A stretch of DNA of 64,000 nucleotides, taken from contig DAHVLZ010000009.1 in assembly GCA_027320085.1 (NCBI GenBank), positions 32,001 to 96,000 of the forward strand. The letters are read 5' to 3'. The notes below the pieces were generated by a model. It saw only the letters and a list, made by a program, of their open reading frames with translations, searched no databases and was not told the DNA's origin. Both the position numbers and the translations under genes were made by a program. Source of the DNA: Pseudomonadota bacterium. Its GTDB lineage: Bacteria; Pseudomonadota; Gammaproteobacteria; JAKAQQ01. Positions 56,543-64,000 of this stretch are shown in pieces (position 1 is the stretch's first letter; every line of letters starts with the position of its first letter).

Positions 56543-58195
56543 ATGACGATGCACGAGAACCGGAACGACCCTGACCGCCTCCCCCGGAGAGTCTCCCGGA
56601 CGCGGTGGATTCTCCTGCTGCAATGGACCCCCGCACTCCTGGGGATGGCCGGTCTCGCGTTCCCGTGGGTCGCAGCCCCCCCCGCACAAGCCCAGGGATG
56701 CCGGCTTTTTCCCCTGATCGTCCGGAAGGCCCGGAGTCTGGCGGCCAAACCCTATGCCCCACCCCGCGAGATCCCCCACTTCCTCGAGCGACTCAGCTAC
56801 AACGAGTACCAGGCCATCCGGTTCCGGCCGGCCCGGAGCCTGTGGCACCGCCGGCATTCGCGCTTCCAGGTGCAACTCGTGCCCCCGGGCCAGTACTACA
56901 CCACCCCCATCCATCTCTTCGTCCTCTCGCACTGCCGGATCACGCGGCTCCGGTTTCATGTTTCCGATTTCACCTATCCCTCGGCGGCCCTCCGCGCGCG
57001 GATCCCACGGGCTCTCGGTTTTGCCGGTTTCAAGCTGACTTATCCTCTCGTGGGACACCACCGGCACAACCAGTTCCTGGTCTTTGCCGGTGCCAGCTAT
57101 TTCCGTGGCGTTGGGGAGCCGAACAACTTCGGCCTCTCCGCCCGGGGCATTGCCATCAATACCGCCTTCCCTCCCCATGAGGAGTTTCCGGCGTTCCGGA
57201 AATTCTGGCTGGTGCGCCCCCCCCGGAACAGCCACTCGATCGTGATCTATGCCCTGCTCAACGGACCCAGTGTCACCGGTGCCTACCGGTTTATCATCCG
57301 CCCGGGAATGGTGACCCGGATCCGGATGCGGGTCCGGCTCTTTTTCCGGACCACGCCCCGGGTGCTGGGTATCGCCCCCCTGACCAGCATGTTTTTTTAC
57401 GGCTCCGGAACTCCCCGGCCCGTCGGCGAATGGCGTCCTGCCGTTCACGACTCGGATGGACTCGAGATGGCGAACGGAGACGGCGAGTGGCTCTGGCGCC
57501 CCCTCATTGATCCCAAGCATTTCCTGGTGACCCGTTTTGCACTCGACAATCCGGGCGGTTTCGGCCTGGTCCAGCGGAACGAACACTTCTCGAACTACGA
57601 GGATCTCGGGACACGCTACGATACCCGTCCCAGTGCCTGGGTGGTCCCGCATGGCCGATGGGGCCGGGGATCCGTCGAGCTCGTCGAGATCCCGACCGAC
57701 TCGGAGACCGTCGACAATATCGTGGCGTACTGGGTACCCCGCGAACCCGTCCAGCCCGGACGGGAATACCACTACAGCTACACCCTCCTCTTCGGCCGGG
57801 CCGGAATCGCCCACCCTCCGGGTGGAGAGGTGCTCCAGACCTTCGTGGGCTCAGGTCGCAACCCTGGCCGGTCCTGTACGGGAAATCCCCACCGGTTGCG
57901 CTATGTGATCGACTTCAGTGTGCCCAAGGCCTTCCGGAACAAACCCGCCCATGGGGTCGTGACCGCCAACGCTCCGGCCCGGGTCAGCCAGGTCACGCTC
58001 GTCACCGCCCGGGATGTCGGCGAGACCCACCAGTCGTTTGACCAGCTCTCCTTCCAGGTCACCGCCCCCCGCAGGCACCCGCTGGAGCTCCGGGCCTTCC
58101 TCGCGAGCCGGGGCCACGCCTTTACCGAAACCTGGAGCGGCATGCTACCGGCCAGCACGGCCAACCGCCTCACGGCCTCGCCCGGCTGCCCCTAA
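56543..58195 (+). CDS. opgG: Glucan biosynthesis protein OpgG/OpgD (GH186); start uncertain, 56509-56549
   Basis: LSYNEYQAIRF, FAGASYFR, GLSARG, EEFP.F, VHDSDGL, EIPT..ETVDNIVAYW, ETW. Confidence 0.9.
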   Translation: MTMHENRNDPDRLPRRVSRTRWILLLQWTPALLGMAGLAFPWVAAPPAQAQGCRLFPLIVRKARSLAAKPYAPPREIPHFLERLSYNEYQAIRFRPARSLWHRRHSRFQVQLVPPGQYYTTPIHLFVLSHCRITRLRFHVSDFTYPSAALRARIPRALGFAGFKLTYPLVGHHRHNQFLVFAGASYFRGVGEPNNFGLSARGIAINTAFPPHEEFPAFRKFWLVRPPRNSHSIVIYALLNGPSVTGAYRFIIRPGMVTRIRMRVRLFFRTTPRVLGIAPLTSMFFYGSGTPRPVGEWRPAVHDSDGLEMANGDGEWLWRPLIDPKHFLVTRFALDNPGGFGLVQRNEHFSNYEDLGTRYDTRPSAWVVPHGRWGRGSVELVEIPTDSETVDNIVAYWVPREPVQPGREYHYSYTLLFGRAGIAHPPGGEVLQTFVGSGRNPGRSCTGNPHRLRYVIDFSVPKAFRNKPAHGVVTANAPARVSQVTLVTARDVGETHQSFDQLSFQVTAPRRHPLELRAFLASRGHAFTETWSGMLPASTANRLTASPGCP

Positions 58196-58214
58196 GGGGG
58201 CAGATCCCGGATAC

Positions 58215-60020
58215 TCAATGGGGAAACTGGTACGTCCAGGTTTCGGTCAAAGGCCTGCCCCGATAGCGGATCCAGGCCCGCAGGATGGCTCCGGGATGAT
58301 CCGGAACCGTGAACCGCAGGCGCCAGCGCGTTGTCCCGGTGACCTTGGCAAGCGTGATGTCCCGCACCGGACCGGGCGCTTGAACGCTTCCCTCAAGCAC
58401 AACCCAAGACGGGATCCGGCCCAGTTCCCGGCCCTTGAAGTAGAGCGTGAACGTGCGTTGACCCTCGGCCGAGCGTGCCTCGCGCGTGAGCTGGATCCGC
58501 CCGGGCCGTTCGGATGACCCCGGCAGCGAACCCCAGTACTGCGTATAACGCAGAAGAAGCGGGTGATCCGGGGGCGGCAGGGTGCGAGGCACCCAGAAGG
58601 CCACGATATTGGCGTCATCCGGCCGCTGGGTCGGGATCTCGACCAACTCCAAGTGGCCCGCGCCCCAGTTTCCCGATGGACGGATCCAAAGGCTTGGCGA
58701 TCTCTGGTAGGCGTTGGCGAGTGACTGGTAGGACCGGAAATGCCGGTCGCGCTGGAGCAGTCCAAATCCCCGGGGATTGTCCAGGCCGAAGCTCCGGACG
58801 TTCAACTGGCGTGGGTTCATCAAGGGAGCCCAAACCCAATGCCCGTGGTCTGTCTCGTAAGACAGCCCATCTGCATTGTGAACCGCGGGATGCAGTCGCA
58901 CGGCCCGGGACGGGTCCATGCGGCCACGCAGAAACATGCTGACCATGGGCGCAAGGCCGAGGCGCCGGATCCCATGGCGTAGAAAAAGGGCGGCCGTGAC
59001 CCGAACCCGGGTCGACGGCCCGGGAGTCACACGGAACCGGTAGGCGCCGGTAGCGCTGGAGCCATCCAGAATGGCGAGTACCGTGAGCGAGCGGGCATCC
59101 CGGGCCGGCACCTCGATCCAGAACGACCGGAACGCGGGAAATTCCTCGCGCGTGTTCGGTACCGCTGTATCGATGGCGAGACCGCGGGCCCAGGAGCCCC
59201 AGGACTGGCCCCGCCCCCGGGCCCGGAAATAGCTCGCCCCGAGAAAGGACAGGAAAGGAAATGACGAATGACCCGTCCTCCGATCCCGGAGGGTGAATCC
59301 CGCGGCACCGAGCGTAGCCGGGAGTCTCCGGGCGAGTGGAGGCGGGAAACGAAAGTCGCGCGGGGCAAACGACAGTGGAAAGATCTTATGGCCAACAACG
59401 AGGTGCATCGAGACCGGATGGACAAAGAGACTGCCTTCCGGCCTGAAGGTGGGGATCAGGCGGGCGGTCTTGGGCCAGAGGGGTAGCGGTCCCCGGAATG
59501 TCACCGCGCGGTACGTGGTCCGGTCCATCTGGCGCAGAACCGCCGGAGCGTCCGGGAGGGGCGCATAGGGTTTGTCGGCCAGGCGGTGCGCACGATCCAC
59601 CAGGAGGTTGAACAGCCAGCGCGATCCGTGCCCGGATCCCGTACCCGTTCCCGGGCGGGTTCGCCCGGGCAGGCTGGCCATCCAGTCCTCGTCCGCAAGC
59701 CGGACTCGGCGCAGCGCCGCTCCCGCCTGGGTCGCCGCCTGGGTGGTAGCACGCGAAAGACGGGTTTCGGCGAGTTTCAGCCGGGCAATTTCCCTGGCGA
59801 GACGTACACGGAGCCCGTGGAGGCGGTGCTCCAGTGCGGCTTGTCGCCCCTCCGTTTCCCGGAGCCGGACATCGGTCGACTGCAGGGCGCCTTGGATCTT
59901 GTGCACGGAGGACAGGGAAGCACAACCCGAAAGGCCCAGAAGAATCACGAGCAGGGGGAATGTGCCCGCCTTCCACCTCTTGGGTTCCCGAACCGCTCGC
60001 AGCGTAATTGGACCGGCCAT
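58215..60020 (-). CDS. Lipoprotein OpgG/D paralog with N-terminal coiled coil, degenerate catalytic sites
   Basis: Lipobox LSG/C33; helical stretch; FLGASYFRA, EEFPAF, VHNADGL, EIPT..DDANIVAFW, TETWTY. Confidence 0.85.
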   Translation of the reverse strand: MAGPITLRAVREPKRWKAGTFPLLVILLGLSGCASLSSVHKIQGALQSTDVRLRETEGRQAALEHRLHGLRVRLAREIARLKLAETRLSRATTQAATQAGAALRRVRLADEDWMASLPGRTRPGTGTGSGHGSRWLFNLLVDRAHRLADKPYAPLPDAPAVLRQMDRTTYRAVTFRGPLPLWPKTARLIPTFRPEGSLFVHPVSMHLVVGHKIFPLSFAPRDFRFPPPLARRLPATLGAAGFTLRDRRTGHSSFPFLSFLGASYFRARGRGQSWGSWARGLAIDTAVPNTREEFPAFRSFWIEVPARDARSLTVLAILDGSSATGAYRFRVTPGPSTRVRVTAALFLRHGIRRLGLAPMVSMFLRGRMDPSRAVRLHPAVHNADGLSYETDHGHWVWAPLMNPRQLNVRSFGLDNPRGFGLLQRDRHFRSYQSLANAYQRSPSLWIRPSGNWGAGHLELVEIPTQRPDDANIVAFWVPRTLPPPDHPLLLRYTQYWGSLPGSSERPGRIQLTREARSAEGQRTFTLYFKGRELGRIPSWVVLEGSVQAPGPVRDITLAKVTGTTRWRLRFTVPDHPGAILRAWIRYRGRPLTETWTYQFPH

Positions 60021-60024
60021 TGCT

Positions 60025-62076
60025 TCAGTGCCACTCCCGTACCTGGTGGGGAGGCAGTGTCCATACCTCCTCGTGTAGTTTCACGAGGAGTCGCCGGTCG
60101 TTGAGAACCGCAAGCTGCTCACTCGCGCTCAACGCACGGGGACCCCGCGCCAGAAGCCGGGCACTGTAGAGCGCCCGGGTGAGCTGGATCTCTTCATTAT
60201 AGCGTCGGGGCTGGTCCGACAGCCGGGCCGCGATCACCGCGTTCACCCAGGGATCGACAATGGCCGCACGGAATCCTGAACGGGCCCGGACTGCGGACCT
60301 GGTTCGTTCCGTCACCGCCTGCTCGAGACTCTCAAGTTCCTCGGGTGGATGATCCTCCTCCGGGGTCAGGAAGAGGCGGTTCCTTCGGGCCCAAGTCCCC
60401 ACACGGGCGCTTCCTGCCAAGGTGGCCACCGGGAGGGCCAGGACCAGCGCCACCACAATCGGCAGGAGCCAGCCCAGGTCTCCCGGGTCCAGAAAGTAGA
60501 CCAGGCCCGCCCATGCGATCGCGATCAAGGTGCCGGGGATGTAGGCACGGGATGTGCGCATTCCCTGGGAGGCGGCGGTTCGCTGCTGCCGTCCCCATTG
60601 GACCCGGTGGCCCAAAAGCGAGGAGAGGACGAACCAGCTGTGAAATAGCATCCGCACGGGAGCGACCAAGGTGGAATAGACGATCTCGAGAAGCCCGCTG
60701 GCCAAAAAGCGCAATCCCCCCCCGAATGGGGCCGACCGTCGCTTGAGAAACACGAGCAGCAGGCCTAGGAACCGGGGTAACAGCAAGATCGTGGCACTGG
60801 CGCCGAGCAGAAAAACCGCGAGGTCGGCGTGCCACACCGGCCAGACCGGAAACAGGCCATGCCCCGGAGGAAAGTAGTCTGGGGGGATCAGCGCGTGCCA
60901 GGCAATGACGGCCGTACCCAGGAGGAGGTACAACAGCCAGAGCGCGGAGGCCACATAGGACATGGCACCGTTGACGAACAGGAGACGGTTCATGGCCAGA
61001 AGTCCCTTGGCAAACAAGAGCCTGAGGTGCTGCAGGTTCCCGTAACACCATCGGCGATCCCGCTTGAGTTCGTCGAGAAGCGTGGGCGGGGTTTCCTCCC
61101 AGCTGCCCGCCAGTTCAGGCACCAGCCAGACCGACCATCCGGCGCGCCGCATGAGCGCGGCCTCCACAAAATCATGGCTCAGAATGTCGCCCGACAGCAA
61201 GGCGCGCCCCTTGAGACGCGGCAGCTGACAATGTTCCATGAATGGAGCCACCCGGATGATGGCATTGTGGCCCCAGTAATAGCTGTCTCCCAACTGCCAG
61301 AACGAGAGGCCTGTGGCAAACATCCGGCTGTAAACCCGGTTGGAGAACTGCTGTATCCGCCCCGACAGGGTTTGCTGGCGGACCACGCCAGGCACGCTTT
61401 GCAGGATCCCGACCTGGGGATGGGCTTCCATGAGTTCCACGAGATGGCCCAGGCAGTCGGCGGACATCAGGCTGTCCGCATCCAGAACGACCAGATACTT
61501 GTAGAGGGATCCCCACCGCTTGAGGAAATCCGCGATGTTACCGCTCTTCCGCTTGATGTTCGACCGTCGGCGTCGATAGTAGATACGCCCGAAAGCAGCC
61601 AGCGAGCGGCAGAGTTCCGCCCATGCCCACTGCTCGCGGACAACGAGGTCCGGATCGTTGCTGTCCGACAGGATGAAAAAATCGAATCCCGCGAGGATCC
61701 CGCTTTTCCCGAGCTGCCGGTAGAGGACCTCGATCGTGGCCGCGACGCGTTCCGGGTTTTCCCGGTACACCGGAAAGACGAGCGCCGTTCGGGCATCCGG
61801 ACCGGGAACCGTGTCCCCGGCAGGAGGCGGGGTGTCTGTCCGGGGATCAGGACGCAACAGGACGAGGAAACCAAACAGAGCCGTCCAGAAACCGATAGCG
61901 ATCCAGGCCGTGAGCACACCGAAAAGCAGGACCGTGGCTCCGTTGAGCCAGGGGTTCCCGGGCGAGGGCAAAGCGCCCGCCATGTTGATGCTGGCGAAAC
62001 CGGCCGGCACAAGAACCAGGATGCCGAGCAGGGTGCGACGGATCCATGCACTTCGCCGCCAACGGGAAAAACGCAC
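60025..62076 (-). CDS. opgH: Glucans biosynthesis glucosyltransferase H
   Basis: FFILSDS, RKSGNI, VLDADS, YWGHNAIIR, LSHDFVEA, RDRRWC.GNLQH. Confidence 0.94.
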   Translation of the reverse strand: MRFSRWRRSAWIRRTLLGILVLVPAGFASINMAGALPSPGNPWLNGATVLLFGVLTAWIAIGFWTALFGFLVLLRPDPRTDTPPPAGDTVPGPDARTALVFPVYRENPERVAATIEVLYRQLGKSGILAGFDFFILSDSNDPDLVVREQWAWAELCRSLAAFGRIYYRRRRSNIKRKSGNIADFLKRWGSLYKYLVVLDADSLMSADCLGHLVELMEAHPQVGILQSVPGVVRQQTLSGRIQQFSNRVYSRMFATGLSFWQLGDSYYWGHNAIIRVAPFMEHCQLPRLKGRALLSGDILSHDFVEAALMRRAGWSVWLVPELAGSWEETPPTLLDELKRDRRWCYGNLQHLRLLFAKGLLAMNRLLFVNGAMSYVASALWLLYLLLGTAVIAWHALIPPDYFPPGHGLFPVWPVWHADLAVFLLGASATILLLPRFLGLLLVFLKRRSAPFGGGLRFLASGLLEIVYSTLVAPVRMLFHSWFVLSSLLGHRVQWGRQQRTAASQGMRTSRAYIPGTLIAIAWAGLVYFLDPGDLGWLLPIVVALVLALPVATLAGSARVGTWARRNRLFLTPEEDHPPEELESLEQAVTERTRSAVRARSGFRAAIVDPWVNAVIAARLSDQPRRYNEEIQLTRALYSARLLARGPRALSASEQLAVLNDRRLLVKLHEEVWTLPPHQVREWH

Positions 62077-62082
62077 GGTGAT

Positions 62083-62331
62083 CTACGGCACGCCGCGGTC
62101 CTGTCCCAGCGGTGCCGGAACCAACCGCCTTCTCCGGATCGGTGGATTTTTGAAGGCCACTTCCGGGACGTGAGCGTATGCCTCAAGACGATCCAGAAAA
62201 CCGTCTGCCGACCAGGGTGAGATGGCTTCCGCAAAGGAAACCTCAGGCTGGCCGGGGTGATTCAGGAGCTGCCGATAAGCCTGGAGACGGGATTCAGGGC
62301 CGGAGCCCGGACAGGAGCTGTCGACGATCAG
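62083..62331 (-). CDS. Unannotated small ORF matching the OpgH N-terminal region (in frame with opgH, ends at TAG 62085-62083; possible CTG start)
   Basis: Manual translation ..FKNPPIRRRRLVPAPLGQDRGVP*; resembles the PPIRR..VP.P motif I recall from long OpgH N-termini. Confidence 0.45.
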   Translation of the reverse strand: MIVDSSCPGSGPESRLQAYRQLLNHPGQPEVSFAEAISPWSADGFLDRLEAYAHVPEVAFKNPPIRRRRLVPAPLGQDRGVP

Positions 62332-62358
62332 CGGCGCGACTCAGCGAGGGTTTCCCAT

Positions 62359-62387
62359 AGTGTAAGGAAATCACCGCCTTCCATCAA
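62359..62387 (-). promoter_or_regulatory. Putative sigma70 promoter of the opgH operon
   Basis: TTGATG-N17-TACACT on the minus strand. Confidence 0.5.
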
Positions 62388-62455
62388 AGGTAGCCACCCG
62401 TTCCCGGGTTCGAACGGGCATCCTCCCGAACCGGCTGGAGCGTGGACCGCACGGA

Positions 62456-64000
62456 TCAGACCCGGAAGGCCTCGAGGGATTCCGGGTTGGCCAAAGCCCC
62501 CGTGTTCGCCACCCTCTCCCCGGCAACCGCCTGACGCACTGCCATCTCGCTGATCTTCCCGCTCCGTGTCCTCGGAATGTCCGGAACCTCCCGGATGCGG
62601 GCGGGTACGTGACGGGGCGTGAGCGCGGTACGGATCCGCTCGCGGATGCGCGACTCGAGTCCCTCGTCCAGCACAGCGCCTGGCCGGAGCACCACAAACA
62701 GGAGAATACGCTCGGAACCCTCCCCATCCGGCTCTCCAACGACCACCGCTTCCGCAATCTCTTCAAAGATCTCAACCTGCCGGTAGATCTCAGCTGTGCC
62801 AATACGGACCCCACCGGGATTGAGGACGGTATCGGAACGACCGTAGATGATCACTCCTCCCGAGGCCGTGAGTGCAGCAAAATCGCCGTGGCACCAGATG
62901 CCGGGGAAGCGATGGTAGTAGGCAGCCCGGTAGCGCACTCCCTCCGGATCGTCCCAGAACCCGAGCGGCACCGTGGGGAAGGGACGCGTGCAGACCAGTT
63001 CGCCCCGTTCGCCCACAACCGGACGGCCCGAGGAGTCGTAGATCTCGACCGCCATGCCGAGTCCACGACACTGAATCTCCCCCCGGCGGATCGGCAAAGT
63101 CGGCGTGCCCAGGACGAAACACGAGACGATATCGGTTCCGCCGGAGATCGAGTTCAGACGGACGTCTGACTTAAGATCACGGTAGACATAATCAAACTGC
63201 TCGGCCAAGAGGGGAGATCCCGTGGAGAGAACCGTCCGGAGGCGTTCGAGGCCCCGCCCGCCTTCCCGCTTGACCCGGCTCTTCTCCAGGGTCAGGAGGT
63301 AACGGGCACTGGTCCCGAAAATCCCGATCTCCTCCTCGTCGATCATGCGAAGCAGAGCATCCGGGTGTGGATGGATGGGCGAGCCGTCGTAGAGCACAAG
63401 GGTCGCGCCGAGCGCCAAGGTGCTCGCCATCCAGTTCCACATCATCCAGCCCGTGGTCGTGAAATAGAACAGACGGTCGCCCAGACCCACGTCGGTATGG
63501 AGCCCAAGCTCCTTGAGATGCTGGAGGAGCACCCCGCCCTGCCGGTGGATCATGCATTTGGGCTTGCCAGTCGTCCCGGAGGAATAGAGGATGTAGAGGG
63601 GGTGGTCGAAAGGCAGGTCGGCGTACGGGAGGGTCCCCGGCGATCGTTCCAGGAGATCGGGATAGGCGACCGCATGGGGGAAGTCGGCGCGGCCGGTTTC
63701 CGCCATGAGATAGGGCACGAGAATCGTACGGGTGAGGGTCGGCAGGCGGGCGGCAATTTCCCGCACACGCCCACGGACGTCGTAGCGTTTTCCACCATAG
63801 CAATAGCCATCAATGGCCACCAGCACTTTGGGCGCGACCTGGCCGAAGCGTTCGAGGACGCCCTCGACCCCGAAATCCGGCGAAGCGCTCGTAAACACGG
63901 CTCCCAGGCTCGAGGCCGCAAGCATCGTAACGACCGCAGCCGGATGGTTCGGCAGATAGGCGGCGATCCGGTCACCCGGCTCCACACCCGCAGCTCTGAA
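62456..64000 (-). CDS. Acetoacetate--CoA ligase (5'-truncated by window edge)
   Basis: SPDFG, YSSGTTGKPKC..H, TTTGWMMWNW, SISGGTDI, GRSD..LNPGGVRIGTAEIY. Confidence 0.92.
   Translation of the reverse strand, partial: FRAAGVEPGDRIAAYLPNHPAAVVTMLAASSLGAVFTSASPDFGVEGVLERFGQVAPKVLVAIDGYCYGGKRYDVRGRVREIAARLPTLTRTILVPYLMAETGRADFPHAVAYPDLLERSPGTLPYADLPFDHPLYILYSSGTTGKPKCMIHRQGGVLLQHLKELGLHTDVGLGDRLFYFTTTGWMMWNWMASTLALGATLVLYDGSPIHPHPDALLRMIDEEEIGIFGTSARYLLTLEKSRVKREGGRGLERLRTVLSTGSPLLAEQFDYVYRDLKSDVRLNSISGGTDIVSCFVLGTPTLPIRRGEIQCRGLGMAVEIYDSSGRPVVGERGELVCTRPFPTVPLGFWDDPEGVRYRAAYYHRFPGIWCHGDFAALTASGGVIIYGRSDTVLNPGGVRIGTAEIYRQVEIFEEIAEAVVVGEPDGEGSERILLFVVLRPGAVLDEGLESRIRERIRTALTPRHVPARIREVPDIPRTRSGKISEMAVRQAVAGERVANTGALANPESLEAFRV

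Overview
GC-rich gammaproteobacterial chromosomal segment. The strongly basic periplasmic proteins suggest an acidophile (inference). Much of it is conserved housekeeping synteny: pgeF-rluD-bamD-nadE-sucDC-pilSR, and miaB-phoH-ybeY-corC-lnt-leuS-lptE-holA-nadD-rsfS-yhdP-nit. It also carries an amino-acid catabolism block (kynA-hppD-hmgA-fah-maiA, 2-oxoacid dehydrogenase E1a/E1b/E2, NAD-GDH, acetoacetate-CoA ligase), a Sat-CysC fusion, an RND pump and an osmoregulated periplasmic glucan (OPG) locus. I found no tRNA, rRNA, CRISPR array or transposase. Most notable: (1) an OPG locus with an intact OpgG/D, a second lipoprotein coiled-coil OpgG paralog lacking both conserved catalytic-position Asp residues, and an opgH whose N-terminal region is cut off by an in-frame TAG; (2) two tandem type IV pilins, each with a near-identical sigma54 promoter, a triple 20-bp-periodic TGAC-N7-GTCA array between them, and a downstream ICMT-family methyltransferase coupled to a GT-C glycosyltransferase; (3) a full-length but motif-degenerate FadE homolog coupled to the homogentisate operon; (4) a multi-GAF/GGDEF/degenerate-EAL protein with a C-terminal CZB-like zinc site. 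All calls come from reading motifs by eye; no searches were run.
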